A DNA stretch of 64,000 nt from Spirochaetia bacterium (GCA_963675665.1 OY776510.1:3776001-3840000); one strand, 5' to 3'; shown: positions 38,496 to 49,073, numbered from the stretch's first letter. Numbers and translations: made by a program. The notes: generated by a model not told the origin, from the sequence alone.

Positions 38496-41003
38496 ATGGT
38501 TTCCGACAAAAAGAAGCGCCGAAGAATTGAAACAATACTTGCTGTCTGTATCATCCTTTCCGTTATTATAGGAGTAATAATCGGTAAAGTACTAAGCGAG
38601 ATAAAGAATGTTGATATCCGAGCAGATCTGCAGAGCTATGAACCCGCACTTCCGACTCAAATCCTGGATCGAAACGGCAATCTGATAACCGAGTTATTCT
38701 CTGATGAAAAAAGAGAAATAGTCCCGGTTGATGAACTTCCAAAACATCTTATTTATGCCCTGATCAGCCGTGAAGATGCCAATTTCTATGAACATAACGG
38801 TTTAAGTTATAAGCATTTTTTCAGGGCACTCTATAACATTGTCACTGGCAGATACTTTTCAGGCTTCAGTACTTTAACAATGCAGGTTGCCGGCGCGCAC
38901 TATGCCGACAGAACGGAAATAACGCTTACGCGAAAAATCAAGGAAGTCTGGTACGCATTCCAGATAGAAAAAGCCCTGACAAAAAACGAAATTCTTGGAA
39001 TATATATCAACGAGGTATATTTCGGCCACGGAACCTATGGGGTTGAATCCGCATCACAGTTCTATTTCGGACATTCGTCACGGGATATATCGCTTGCCGA
39101 ATCAGCTATACTTGTAATTCAGCTTGCAAGCCCTGCGCTGTACTCGCCCATTAATCACCCCGACACTGCAAGAAACCGGCAGATAGATGTTCTGAACGAG
39201 ATGGTGGAGCTCGGGTATTGCAGCCGGGAAGCTGCCGATGATTCATTTGCCGAATACTGGGATAATTACGACTACAGCCGGTCGAATATCGCCAGCGCTT
39301 ATATAGGTAACGACAGCCTTGCACCGTACTTCAGCGAATACGTACGTATTGAATTAAACGATATGCTTTACGGCGCAGTAGATGTAAACAAAGACGGTTA
39401 TGTTGTTCATACAACACTTGATCTTGATATTCAGAATACAGCCCAACGGATAATGGACCAGGCCTACCATGAAATCAATGTTAAATACAGGCAGTATTCT
39501 GATGACCGCTATGATATAGTAAACGAAAATTTCATCAATATAGTTGATCTTCTGTCTTTAACATTCAATATCAGCGATATCCGCGTAACAGGCGCCAAAC
39601 AGAAAGCTGCGGCATCCGACACCTTCTATGATTCTCTGAATCCTACGCTTTATATGCTCTCGTCCCTATTCGGCCTTACAGATCTTAACAAGGCAACAAT
39701 AACCGGGTTTAACAAAAACAAAACCCGGACTGAAAAAAATACCGTGGAAGGCGCTCTGATAACGCTTGAAAACAATACAGGCCGGATTATTGCAATGATC
39801 GGCGGAAGCGATTTCGAAACGAAGCAGTATAACCGGGCAGTTGATGCTACAGTTCAACCCGGCTCCTGCATTAAACCGCTGTACTACTCGGCGGCCGTGT
39901 CTTCCCGGGTTATAACTCCCGCCACCCGTCTTTATGACGGTCCCGTTGTTTTTTATGATGAAAGCGGCAATGCATATGAACCTTTGAATTACCTTGGAGA
40001 CTGGGAAGGTTCTGTTCTTGCCCGCTATGCTCTTGCTACATCAATGAACGTTCCGTCATTACAGGTTCTGGACAAGGTAGGGTTTAATACCGCAATCGAA
40101 CGAATATCAAAAATGACGGGGCTTTACGACAAACGAAATGATGAAGTTCTTTTCCCGCGCGGGTTTCCTCTCGGTCTCGGTGTTACCGCTCTTGCTCCAA
40201 TTAATATGGCCAGGGCTTTCGCCACCTTTCCAAACCAGGGCAAGGAAGTAGTGCCTATTGCCATTATCAGTGTAGAAGACCGTGAGGGCAATATTGTACT
40301 TGAACCGGAAAAAGAGAGACTGCGCGAAAAGCAGAAGAACAAGGGTGAAGACCAGATTATGACGCCCCAGGAAGCATATATTATGACGGATATGCTTCAA
40401 AGTACTGTAGAATACGGAACGCTTGCCAATCGGCGCCGTTACGTCGGAGGATTCGACGGAATGCCAATTGCAGGGAAAACCGGAACAACACAGAACTGGG
40501 AAGCGGCATGGACATGCGGATTTTCACCCTATTACACTACTGCAGTCTGGTTCGGTTTCGACATGCCCGGCAACTCTCTTGGGCGTTATCTTACCGGTGC
40601 TACTGCTGCAGGTCCGTACTGGGCAATGTATATGAAAGAAATTCACAGCGACCTGGAAATCAAGGAATTTCCCGAACCTGAATCAGGCCTTATCAAAGTC
40701 AGGGTTTGCCGCGTATCAGGACTGCTTCCTACAAACGACTGCGACGACGGAACAATCGAGGAATTGTTTCTTGTAGGAACCGAACCCAGACAGACCTGCG
40801 ATATACATAAATTCGAGAAGCAGCGTGATGAGGAGCTGCTAAGAAGACTTCAGGATAACCTGCTGATTGAAGATGTCCCCTTTAATGCATTTGATGTTCC
40901 GCAGCTTGAGCTTCCCGATTTTATGCTTGATCTGAACGGCAAACCGGATTCGGATATTAACGACTCATCTGATAACGGAGATTACAACCCCCTGCTTGAT
41001 TAA
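38496..41003 (+). CDS. Class A penicillin-binding protein (PBP1A family)
   Basis: Transglycosylase EDANFYEHNG, GFSTLTMQ, RKIKE; transpeptidase SCIK, SMN, KTG; start at ATG 38496. Confidence 0.92.
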   Translation: MVSDKKKRRRIETILAVCIILSVIIGVIIGKVLSEIKNVDIRADLQSYEPALPTQILDRNGNLITELFSDEKREIVPVDELPKHLIYALISREDANFYEHNGLSYKHFFRALYNIVTGRYFSGFSTLTMQVAGAHYADRTEITLTRKIKEVWYAFQIEKALTKNEILGIYINEVYFGHGTYGVESASQFYFGHSSRDISLAESAILVIQLASPALYSPINHPDTARNRQIDVLNEMVELGYCSREAADDSFAEYWDNYDYSRSNIASAYIGNDSLAPYFSEYVRIELNDMLYGAVDVNKDGYVVHTTLDLDIQNTAQRIMDQAYHEINVKYRQYSDDRYDIVNENFINIVDLLSLTFNISDIRVTGAKQKAAASDTFYDSLNPTLYMLSSLFGLTDLNKATITGFNKNKTRTEKNTVEGALITLENNTGRIIAMIGGSDFETKQYNRAVDATVQPGSCIKPLYYSAAVSSRVITPATRLYDGPVVFYDESGNAYEPLNYLGDWEGSVLARYALATSMNVPSLQVLDKVGFNTAIERISKMTGLYDKRNDEVLFPRGFPLGLGVTALAPINMARAFATFPNQGKEVVPIAIISVEDREGNIVLEPEKERLREKQKNKGEDQIMTPQEAYIMTDMLQSTVEYGTLANRRRYVGGFDGMPIAGKTGTTQNWEAAWTCGFSPYYTTAVWFGFDMPGNSLGRYLTGATAAGPYWAMYMKEIHSDLEIKEFPEPESGLIKVRVCRVSGLLPTNDCDDGTIEELFLVGTEPRQTCDIHKFEKQRDEELLRRLQDNLLIEDVPFNAFDVPQLELPDFMLDLNGKPDSDINDSSDNGDYNPLLD

Positions 41004-41047
41004 TTTTTTTACTTTGTTTTTTCTACAGCTGTAGTTATACTAAATGT

Positions 41048-41452
41048 ATGCAGATGCGGGTAGATGAAATAATCGTTCGAAAACGAATCAGGCGTGATCT
41101 GGGTGATTTGAACGAACTTTCGGAAAGTATAGAAAAGCATGGTCTTCTCAATCCGGTAATCGTTAATAACAGGAAAGTACTGCTTGCAGGAGAACGAAGA
41201 CTGGAAGCGGTAAAACTGCTGAACTGGAAAACAATACCCGTCAGGATCCTTGAAAACCCGTCAAAACTTGAAGAACTTGAGATCGAAATAGATGAAAACC
41301 TGCACAGAAAACCCTTCAACCCGGATGAAGCCGGGGATGCATTCAGGTTGCTTGAAAAACTGAAAAATCCGGGCTGGTTTCGAAAGCTCCTTTCAGCTGT
41401 CGGTGCTTTTTTCCGCAGGATTGCAGCCTTTTTTAAAAAGCCGGAGCCCTGA
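41048..41452 (+). CDS. Stand-alone ParB N-terminal (ParB/Srx) domain protein
   Basis: GLLNPVIV, AGERRLEA, EIDENLHRK; only 134 aa. Confidence 0.85.
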   Translation: MQMRVDEIIVRKRIRRDLGDLNELSESIEKHGLLNPVIVNNRKVLLAGERRLEAVKLLNWKTIPVRILENPSKLEELEIEIDENLHRKPFNPDEAGDAFRLLEKLKNPGWFRKLLSAVGAFFRRIAAFFKKPEP

Positions 41453-42986
41453 ATTCTTCGTTGCCTATCCTGATTATGCTGCCTGCCGGGTTCTGGGCAA
41501 TTACACTGTCTTTTCTAACGACAATATCAGTTGCAGCAAAAACCTCTGCATCGGACAATCCCGTCAATTTAAGTGCTTTATCAAAAATCCCTATTTTCCA
41601 TTCTGAACCGTCTTTGACTACGGCATAATAATTACCGCCCGATTCTATTACCGCAGAATCAATATAGACTTCAGCGGTTCCGGATTCAGTAATTTCGAGA
41701 CTCTCAGGATCAATTTTCACCAGACTTACTATCCTTGTTCCGCCAGAACTGCCTGCTACGGATATGATTCCGTTATTACTGAATTTATATCCCCGCAATC
41801 TGATAGTATCTATTGAAGACTGCCTGATAATCTTTCCGCTTACGGAATCCACCATTACCAGCTGCCCTGTATATGAACCGGCATCTCCGCTCACCTTAAT
41901 AAAAGGAACAGCATCAACAGAGGGTTTGGCTTTTGCCGGTTGGGCGGAAGTAACAACCGCCGCATCTGAAAGATCTTCTTTCTCTATTTCCGCAGCCTGG
42001 TCTTCTGTAATGCGTTCTCTTTCCTCAATGACCTTTTCTTCCCGTTCTGCAAGCTTTTCTTCCCGTTCATCAAGGGCCTTTTCTTCGGTTGCAACAACTT
42101 CCTTCTCTTTTTCAACATCAGCAAGCTCATCCTTTATCTCTTCAGCGCGCCCGGAATCTTCAGTCTGCCTGAGTTCCTCTTCAAGCCCGGCTTTCTTCTC
42201 ATCCAGTTCTTTTTCCTTAACTGCGATATCTTCACGTTTCTGTTCGATTACAGTGCGTTCTTCATCGATCTCGTCATCTTTCAATTCTACAAGTTCACGT
42301 CGCTGCTCAATACCCCGATCATCTTCGCTTCTTAGCTGGTCTATTACCATTTCATCTGAAAGCAAATCGGTATCGAGATCGCTGATTACATTAGTACCGG
42401 CCTGCGGAGTCAAAGGAATAAGCATCATGGTGTTTCCGGGCCATTCAACATAACTTAGAGCTATTCCGCATTTTTTCGGATCAAGGTTGCGGTTAACAAT
42501 ATCCTTGTAATGTATTGTGAAATATTCGATGTCGCCGCGATGTACAGCATTGTATATTGTAATAAATTCCGCCAGAAGGTCGGCCTGATCTGTTTCATAA
42601 CCATAGGCGGCTTCCAGATACCCGGCAATTATTCTTCTGAGGTTTTTTATATGGTCTACTGCGGCAGTTTTCTCCAGGATAAAAATATCAGCATCAAGAC
42701 CGTTTTTATCAGAATAATCTACAGCATGTATGACCCTGTATTTATCGAAAAAATTGAAGCTTTCCATTTCCCTTTCAACATTCCGGCCCAGATACCCGCC
42801 GATGCCGCGTATCTCGTCTGCTGTATCGATTTTATTGTGCGGTCCGGAATAATTCTGAAAAACAATTCCGGCGCTGTCGGCGGCCGTTTGAAGCTCTTCA
42901 AGAAAAACTGTTTCGGCGGCAAGATTGACGGCAGCCAAACAGATCAGAATCAGAAAAACTCCACTGAAAAATGTTTTTGTTTTCAT
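41433..42986 (-). CDS. P83/100 family protein (spirochaete)
   Basis: Signal peptide, FQNYSGP...IRGIG, VDHIKNLRRII, FITIYNAVHRG, long charged coiled coil. Confidence 0.75.
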   Translation of the reverse strand: MKTKTFFSGVFLILICLAAVNLAAETVFLEELQTAADSAGIVFQNYSGPHNKIDTADEIRGIGGYLGRNVEREMESFNFFDKYRVIHAVDYSDKNGLDADIFILEKTAAVDHIKNLRRIIAGYLEAAYGYETDQADLLAEFITIYNAVHRGDIEYFTIHYKDIVNRNLDPKKCGIALSYVEWPGNTMMLIPLTPQAGTNVISDLDTDLLSDEMVIDQLRSEDDRGIEQRRELVELKDDEIDEERTVIEQKREDIAVKEKELDEKKAGLEEELRQTEDSGRAEEIKDELADVEKEKEVVATEEKALDEREEKLAEREEKVIEERERITEDQAAEIEKEDLSDAAVVTSAQPAKAKPSVDAVPFIKVSGDAGSYTGQLVMVDSVSGKIIRQSSIDTIRLRGYKFSNNGIISVAGSSGGTRIVSLVKIDPESLEITESGTAEVYIDSAVIESGGNYYAVVKDGSEWKIGIFDKALKLTGLSDAEVFAATDIVVRKDSVIAQNPAGSIIRIGNEEFRAPAF

Positions 42987-44716
42987 TTCATACTCCTTAA
43001 AACCTCACCGGCTTTTCTTCTTGTCCCGGCAGAATAGTTACCGCGGAAAATTTCAAGCAGGGTCCTGTAGCCGTACCCGGATACAGCAGCTCCGCTGTAA
43101 TCCGTAATTTTACCCACCGCACTGACTGCGGCAAGAGCCAGACGTTCACTGCCTTTTCCATTATCGTCGATTACAACCTTATTGTAAATTGCTTCAAGCG
43201 GCAGCCCGTTAAAATCGGACCCGAGAGAGCCGAGCGCCAGAATCATGGAGGCACTTGCATCTTCATATTTCTCCTCTCCGAGGACTACAGTTAAAAGCTC
43301 AATAGATTCAAAATTTCCGTACTTTCCCAGAATATCCGCCGCTTTTTTTCTGACTGAAGGATAATCATCCGCTGCCGGGAAAATACCCGATTCCATTGTG
43401 AGAAGACTTTCAGAAAGCGCAAGATGAACAAGATGAAGAAGATAGTTTTCTCCCCTGTCTGCACCTTCAGCAGCTATTCTGTCCGAGATCTCTTCAAGGG
43501 CCCTGATTTTATCATTTATATCGCCGGATTGAATTGTTTCCCGAAGATAAAGGTAATCCATATCTGAAAGAAACAGCGTTTCATTAAAATGCCATTTACG
43601 GACGCCTGAGGTGCCGTCATGGGCTGCACCGCCGCCTTTCTGTGTCCAACCATCACCAAGGCTGCTTTCAGCCGTAAAAGCGCAGGCTACCCATTCCTCA
43701 GAGCCGCAGACAAGCAGATTGTTTCCAAGTACCGGCTGTGTCAGTGTTATACCCGAAGGTTCCGTATCATAAAGAATTTTCCCGGTAAAATCCATAATGG
43801 TAATCTTTGAGCCGCGCATTATATAGATGCTGTTGTCTCCGGCTGCCGGATAAGAGCTGTAACCGGCCCCCTGCCCTGACCATAGCAATTCTCCGGTAAA
43901 ATCCAATGCTTCCGTAAGTCCGTCTGAATACAGGACAAACAACCCCTTTTCTTCGGGCAGGACTATCAGGGCCGAGATATCATCACGCATTTCATCCGAC
44001 CACAGGACCTCCCCCTCCGGGGTCAACGCCTGCAGGTTCCTTCCCAGAGAAGTATAAAGAACATGCCTGTTTACCGCAGCATGCCGAACAGCCTTGAGTT
44101 TATTAACATTATCATCCGACTGCCCGGCGGCCGGCATAGTCCAGCGCAGTTCACCCCACTGAGTTCGGCAGCTTATCGCTCCCGTATCATCGAATGTGTA
44201 AACAGCTTCACCGGCATCGACCACCGGCGGCTGCAGAATTGCGTTCCCCGTATCAATGCTCCAGCGTTCAAAACCCAGATGGCTTACAGCACAAAGCCTG
44301 CCTGATTTATGGGCCAGATAAACAGTGCCGTCTATTGCAGCGGCAGGTTCGCCGGCGGGTGCCCCGTCCGTATCGACCTGCCAGATTAGTCTTCCGGCTG
44401 AATTTACAGCATATAATTTACCGTCATCAGTACATGCGTACACTGTGCCGTCGGCTCCTATTGACAACGAATCTGCCGGGCGGCCGGAAAGCCTGAATTT
44501 CCACCGGACTGCTCCCTGCGGCGTAAGAGCATGTATTTGTCTGTCTTCGGAATAAAGATAGATGCCGGCAGCAGAAACAGCAGGTCTGCTGATCAGCTCG
44601 CCTCCGGCTGCATATTTCCATAAAAACACCATTTCCTCTCCATTGGAAAACAATGGAAAAGTCGGTTCCAAAATTAGAAAAATGATTAAAAGTAAATTGT
44701 TTCTTATGCCGGGCAC
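42983..44716 (-). CDS. PQQ-type beta-propeller (BamB-like) protein with C-terminal HEAT-like repeats
   Basis: Repeated G-x-x-x-W blades (GAVRWK, GRLIWQ, GFERWS, GELRWT, GEVLWS); VRKKAADILGKYG. Confidence 0.75.
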   Translation of the reverse strand: MPGIRNNLLLIIFLILEPTFPLFSNGEEMVFLWKYAAGGELISRPAVSAAGIYLYSEDRQIHALTPQGAVRWKFRLSGRPADSLSIGADGTVYACTDDGKLYAVNSAGRLIWQVDTDGAPAGEPAAAIDGTVYLAHKSGRLCAVSHLGFERWSIDTGNAILQPPVVDAGEAVYTFDDTGAISCRTQWGELRWTMPAAGQSDDNVNKLKAVRHAAVNRHVLYTSLGRNLQALTPEGEVLWSDEMRDDISALIVLPEEKGLFVLYSDGLTEALDFTGELLWSGQGAGYSSYPAAGDNSIYIMRGSKITIMDFTGKILYDTEPSGITLTQPVLGNNLLVCGSEEWVACAFTAESSLGDGWTQKGGGAAHDGTSGVRKWHFNETLFLSDMDYLYLRETIQSGDINDKIRALEEISDRIAAEGADRGENYLLHLVHLALSESLLTMESGIFPAADDYPSVRKKAADILGKYGNFESIELLTVVLGEEKYEDASASMILALGSLGSDFNGLPLEAIYNKVVIDDNGKGSERLALAAVSAVGKITDYSGAAVSGYGYRTLLEIFRGNYSAGTRRKAGEVLRSMK

Positions 44717-44718
44717 TC

Positions 44719-45243
44719 CTATTTATCCGATAATTCGGCCAATAGATTATCCAGTTCACCAATCTGGACTTCGCACATTTTTTCAAATGCCAGTTCCTGA
44801 TTTGTTCCTCTGAGTTTTTTAAGAAGACTGTGAATTATTACCAGCAGCAGCTTATTTCCTGTAGCGGGGTTCTCTTTTATGAAATCCATAAGAACAGTTC
44901 TGGGTATGCTCAGGATAACCGATTCATCAAGACTGACAATATTGGCTGTTCTTCTTACACGCAGGAACATACCCGCCTCGCCGAAAATCTCACCTTCCTC
45001 GATTGAACATATATAGACATCCTTGCCGCTTTCCTGCCTGACGTTAACCTGGACCATCCCGTTTACAACGACAAGAATGTTCTGCGCAATATCGCCCTGG
45101 TTTACGATTTTTTCCGTATCGGAATAATGAAAAAGCTCACTTTCACCGACAATATACAGAATTTCAGCAGCCGACATGAATTTGAAAATAGACAGTTTCC
45201 TGTATTCTTCTATATAGGCCCTTTTTTCCTGAATTACTTTCAT
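44719..45243 (-). CDS. Cyclic-nucleotide-binding domain protein
   Basis: GEIFGEAGMF...RRTANI. Confidence 0.85.
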   Translation of the reverse strand: MKVIQEKRAYIEEYRKLSIFKFMSAAEILYIVGESELFHYSDTEKIVNQGDIAQNILVVVNGMVQVNVRQESGKDVYICSIEEGEIFGEAGMFLRVRRTANIVSLDESVILSIPRTVLMDFIKENPATGNKLLLVIIHSLLKKLRGTNQELAFEKMCEVQIGELDNLLAELSDK

Positions 45244-45291
45244 TACTTTCTACCTCCTGTATACATTAATCAATATTGTTCATTCTTGCAA

Positions 45292-46056
45292 TCATTTTCT
45301 TTTTTTACATTTCTGTGAAAGCGGACAACCTGTACACCTTATTGCTTTTGAACAGAATTTTTTTGCATGTTTCACTATAAGCGCATGATATTCCTGCCAG
45401 GAATTAATATCAGTTCGAAAAACTCTTTCTACTGATACTCTCAGCTCATCATAATCAGCAGAATTAATCTCATCAATTCCGGTAAATCTTGAAAGAACAC
45501 GCCGGGTGTACGTATCGATAATGAAATAGGGCTTGTTGAATGCATAAAGCATTATTGAATCTGCCGTCTCCGGTCCGATTCCCCATACTGAAAGCAGGTC
45601 TTCCCTTGTCGGCTCGCGTGATCCCAGGTTAATCATCAGGGCTGCAAGGCCTTTCAGCTTTACGGCTTTCTGATTGTAATAACCGCTTGATTTGATAATT
45701 TCCGCCAGTCCGGTCGCTTCCGTTTCAAGTATTTTCTCAGGGCTCAGCAGCCCCGTCTTTATCAGGGAATCAAGCGCCGAGGAAGCATTTCTCCAGTTGG
45801 TATTCTGAGTGAGTACAGCGCCTGCGGCTATCTCGAATATATCGTTTGCTAAGGGCACATAATTTGTACCGGGATGATATCCGCTGCTGTTAAAACCAAG
45901 GGTGCTGCAGGCTTCGGCCCCGGCGCCTATACGACGGGAACGCAGCGGCCACCATCCCTGAGGGCCGTAATAATTGTACAATATTCTGTATAAGCCCGTT
46001 ATACTTTTTCCCGGTAATTCAATTCTGTAATCGCAAATCTGCTTTCCTTCCACCAT
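45292..46056 (-). CDS. Endonuclease III-related HhH-GPD protein
   Basis: GPQGWWP, GAVLTQNTNW, GIGPETADSI, DTYTRR, C-terminal C-x6-C-x2-C-x5-C. Confidence 0.88.
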   Translation of the reverse strand: MVEGKQICDYRIELPGKSITGLYRILYNYYGPQGWWPLRSRRIGAGAEACSTLGFNSSGYHPGTNYVPLANDIFEIAAGAVLTQNTNWRNASSALDSLIKTGLLSPEKILETEATGLAEIIKSSGYYNQKAVKLKGLAALMINLGSREPTREDLLSVWGIGPETADSIMLYAFNKPYFIIDTYTRRVLSRFTGIDEINSADYDELRVSVERVFRTDINSWQEYHALIVKHAKKFCSKAIRCTGCPLSQKCKKRK

Positions 46057-46098
46057 ATTTTTAATTATAACACAAAGTCCTTTTCCATCCTTTGTTAC

Positions 46099-46130
46099 AA
46101 AAAAAAAGAGCTGCCGGTTAAGGCAGCTCC
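46099..46130 (-). terminator. ppdK terminator
   Basis: GAGCTGCC-ggttaa-GGCAGCTC stem with an A tract that reads as a U tract on the minus strand. Confidence 0.75.
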
Positions 46131-46137
46131 GTAAAAT

Positions 46138-46182
46138 ATTGAGGCTCTTTCAAAACTCCCCGAGTTTTGAAAGAGCCTCAAT
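46138..46182. repeat. Perfect 21-bp inverted repeat with 3-nt loop
   Basis: ATTGAGGCTCTTTCAAAACTC-ccc-GAGTTTTGAAAGAGCCTCAAT. Confidence 0.85.
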
Positions 46183-46190
46183 TACATTGT

Positions 46191-48860
46191 TTATTTCTTG
46201 TTTCTCAGTACTGCCTGCGCTGCCGCATGCCGTGCAATAGGAACCCTGAACGGAGAACATGAAACATAATTCAGTTTGTTTCTGTAACAGAAATCAATTG
46301 ATGCAGGGTCGCCTCCGTGCTCGCCGCATATTCCAAGCTTGAGATCACTCTTAATACCGCGACCAAGACTTGCAGCCATCGTAACAAGCTTGCCTACACC
46401 GTTCTGATCAAGCGATGCCGTCGGGTCAACCTCAAGAATGCCCTGTGAAATATACGAAGGCAGAAATGCACCGGCGTCATCACGTGAAAAACCGAAGGTC
46501 ATCTGGGTAAGGTCGTTAGTACCGAAAGAAAAGAAGTCTGCGTGCTCGGCAACTTCATCGGCCGTAAGTGCCGCTCTCGGTATTTCAATCATTGTTCCAA
46601 TCTTGTACTCAACCTTTTTGTTTGTTTTCTCAAAAACCCCGGCAATAACAATTTCAGCATTGTCTCTGAGAATTTTTAATTCCTGCCAGGTTCCGACCAA
46701 CGGAATCATGATCTCGGGAAGGACTTTATCGCCTTCCGCTTCAACCTCAACGGCTGCGCTTATTATTGCTTCAACCTGCATATCGTATATTTCAGGATAT
46801 GTAACTCCAAGCCGGCATCCGCGGTGACCGAGCATGGGATTATGTTCATGAAGCGCTTCAATCTTCTGCTTAAGCGCAGTTGGAGTAATTCCCGCCATTA
46901 CAGCAATATTTTTGATATCCTCATCAGTCTGGGGAACAAATTCGTGTAACGGAGGATCAAGAAGCCTTACAGTAACAGGAAGACCGCTCATTGCCTTGAA
47001 AATACCTTTAAAATCCGCTTTCTGCAGACTGAGGATTTTACCAAGAGCTTTCTTTCTGTCGTCAGTTGTGTCTGCCACAATCATCTGCTGAAAATATTCA
47101 AGTTTTCCGGCATCAAAAAACATATGCTCGGTACGGCACAAACCTATGCCTTCAGCGCCAAGGCTTCTTGCAAGCTTTGCGTCTTCGGGCTGATCTGCAT
47201 TTGTTCTTACAAGAAAACCTTTCTGCTCAAGACCATCCCGTTCATCAGCCAGCCTGATATTATCGGCCCAGGAAAGGAAGTCAACCAGTTCTCCGGACAT
47301 CTCCGGGGCTATTGTTTCAACCTGCCCGGCAAAGACCTCGCCGGTTGTTCCGTCGATAGTAATCCAGTCGCCTTCCCTGTACTCTTTTCCACCGACCTTC
47401 ATTATTTTTCCGGATATTGCAACATCCTTGCATCCTGCTACACACGGACGGCCCATACCTCTTGCAACAACAGCGGCATGGCTTGTCATACCCCCGGTAG
47501 AAGTCAGGATTCCCTGTGCTACATTCATTCCGCCTATATCATCAGGAGAGGTTTCTTTTCTTACCAGAAGGACCTTCAAATCTCCGCGTTCAACCCACAT
47601 TTCTGCATCATCGGCCGAGAAGACAATCTTGCCGGTTGCAGCTCCAGGAGAAGCGTTAAGACCTTTGGCCAGCGGTTTTAAAGTTTTTTTAACTTTCGGA
47701 TCTATCATAGGGTGAAAAAGCTGATCAAGCTGGTCCGAATCAACACGGAACATGGCTTCTTCTTTGGTTATAAGCCCTTCTTTGGCCATATCCACGGCGA
47801 CCTTAACTGCTGAAGCGCCGGTCCTTTTACCGTTTCTTGTCTGAAGAATGAAAAGATTACCCTGCTGTATTGTAAACTCCATATCCTGCATATCACGATA
47901 ATGTGTTTCAAGTTTGTCCTTGATATTAACAAGCTGGGAATAGATATTCTCGTCCTGATCGGCAAGCTGCGACAGTTTTTCGGGGGTCCTTATGCCGGCT
48001 ACAACATCTTCGCCCTGTGCATTCATCAAATACTCACCGTAAAAAACATTTTCTCCCGTCGACGGGTCTCTGGAGAAGCAAACGCCTGTTCCCGAATCGT
48101 CTCCGAAGTTACCGAAGACCATGCATTGAACATTTACCGCTGTGCCCTTGAGATTTTTGATTCCGTTAATATCTCTGTATTTAATTGCTTTCGGATTGTT
48201 CCAGGAGCCGAATACTGCATCAATAGCAGCCTGAAGCTGCTCAAGCGGTTGCTGGGGAAAATCCTTGTTCTGATTTCCTTTAAAAGCAATTTTATAAAGC
48301 TCAACAAGTTTTTTCAAATCATCAGCATCGAGCTCCGTATCCTGCTCAACGCCTTTTTTCTTTTTCATATCCTCAAGGATGTCCTCGAAAACATTAATAT
48401 CCATACCCAGTGCAACATTACTGAACATCTGAATGAATCTTCTGTACGCGTCCCATGCAAATCTCGGGTTTCCCGTTATCGCGGAAAGACCTTCGACGGC
48501 ATTGTCGTTCATTCCAAGGTTAAGTATAGTATCCATCATACCTGGCATTGAAACAGCAGCTCCGGAACGAACTGAAACAAGCAGCGGATCTTTCGGATCT
48601 CCGAGTTTTTTGCCCATCAGGCTCTCAAGTTTTCCAAGAGTTGATTTCAACTCTGCATCAAGGCCTTCAGGATACTGCCTGTTGTTCCTGTAAAACATAT
48701 CGCAGACTTCGGTAGCAATAGTAAATCCGGGCGGTACAGGAATACCAAGATTTGTCATTTCAGCGAGGTTTGCACCTTTTCCTCCAAGCAATTCTTTCAT
48801 GCTTGCGTCCCCTTCGGCCTTACCGTCGCCGAAGAAATAAATAAATTTCGTGTCACTCAT
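46191..48860 (-). CDS. ppdK: Pyruvate, phosphate dikinase
   Basis: LGGKGANLAEM, GGMTSHAAVVARG, GLCRTEHMF, SFGTNDLTQ, GICGEHGGDP. Confidence 0.97.
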   Translation of the reverse strand: MSDTKFIYFFGDGKAEGDASMKELLGGKGANLAEMTNLGIPVPPGFTIATEVCDMFYRNNRQYPEGLDAELKSTLGKLESLMGKKLGDPKDPLLVSVRSGAAVSMPGMMDTILNLGMNDNAVEGLSAITGNPRFAWDAYRRFIQMFSNVALGMDINVFEDILEDMKKKKGVEQDTELDADDLKKLVELYKIAFKGNQNKDFPQQPLEQLQAAIDAVFGSWNNPKAIKYRDINGIKNLKGTAVNVQCMVFGNFGDDSGTGVCFSRDPSTGENVFYGEYLMNAQGEDVVAGIRTPEKLSQLADQDENIYSQLVNIKDKLETHYRDMQDMEFTIQQGNLFILQTRNGKRTGASAVKVAVDMAKEGLITKEEAMFRVDSDQLDQLFHPMIDPKVKKTLKPLAKGLNASPGAATGKIVFSADDAEMWVERGDLKVLLVRKETSPDDIGGMNVAQGILTSTGGMTSHAAVVARGMGRPCVAGCKDVAISGKIMKVGGKEYREGDWITIDGTTGEVFAGQVETIAPEMSGELVDFLSWADNIRLADERDGLEQKGFLVRTNADQPEDAKLARSLGAEGIGLCRTEHMFFDAGKLEYFQQMIVADTTDDRKKALGKILSLQKADFKGIFKAMSGLPVTVRLLDPPLHEFVPQTDEDIKNIAVMAGITPTALKQKIEALHEHNPMLGHRGCRLGVTYPEIYDMQVEAIISAAVEVEAEGDKVLPEIMIPLVGTWQELKILRDNAEIVIAGVFEKTNKKVEYKIGTMIEIPRAALTADEVAEHADFFSFGTNDLTQMTFGFSRDDAGAFLPSYISQGILEVDPTASLDQNGVGKLVTMAASLGRGIKSDLKLGICGEHGGDPASIDFCYRNKLNYVSCSPFRVPIARHAAAQAVLRNKK

Positions 48861-49040
48861 AGAAATACGTAACCCTCCGTGTATGTATGAGTAGTATATA
48901 TAGTTATTTTGTAGACAATTGATACCTTGCCCGAAAAGAAAGAACTGTCGGGCGTTCTGAAGTGCTTATATAAAAACTGAAGTCAATTTTCACAAAAGTA
49001 CTTCACCGGAACTTTTGTTTACGTCTAAAGGTAGAATAAT

Positions 49041-49073
49041 AATGCCCCAATGTCAATATAACATTGGGGCATT
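49041..49073 (-). terminator. Hairpin downstream of the sigma factor gene
   Basis: AATGCCCCAATGT...ACATTGGGGCATT inverted repeat. Confidence 0.7.
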
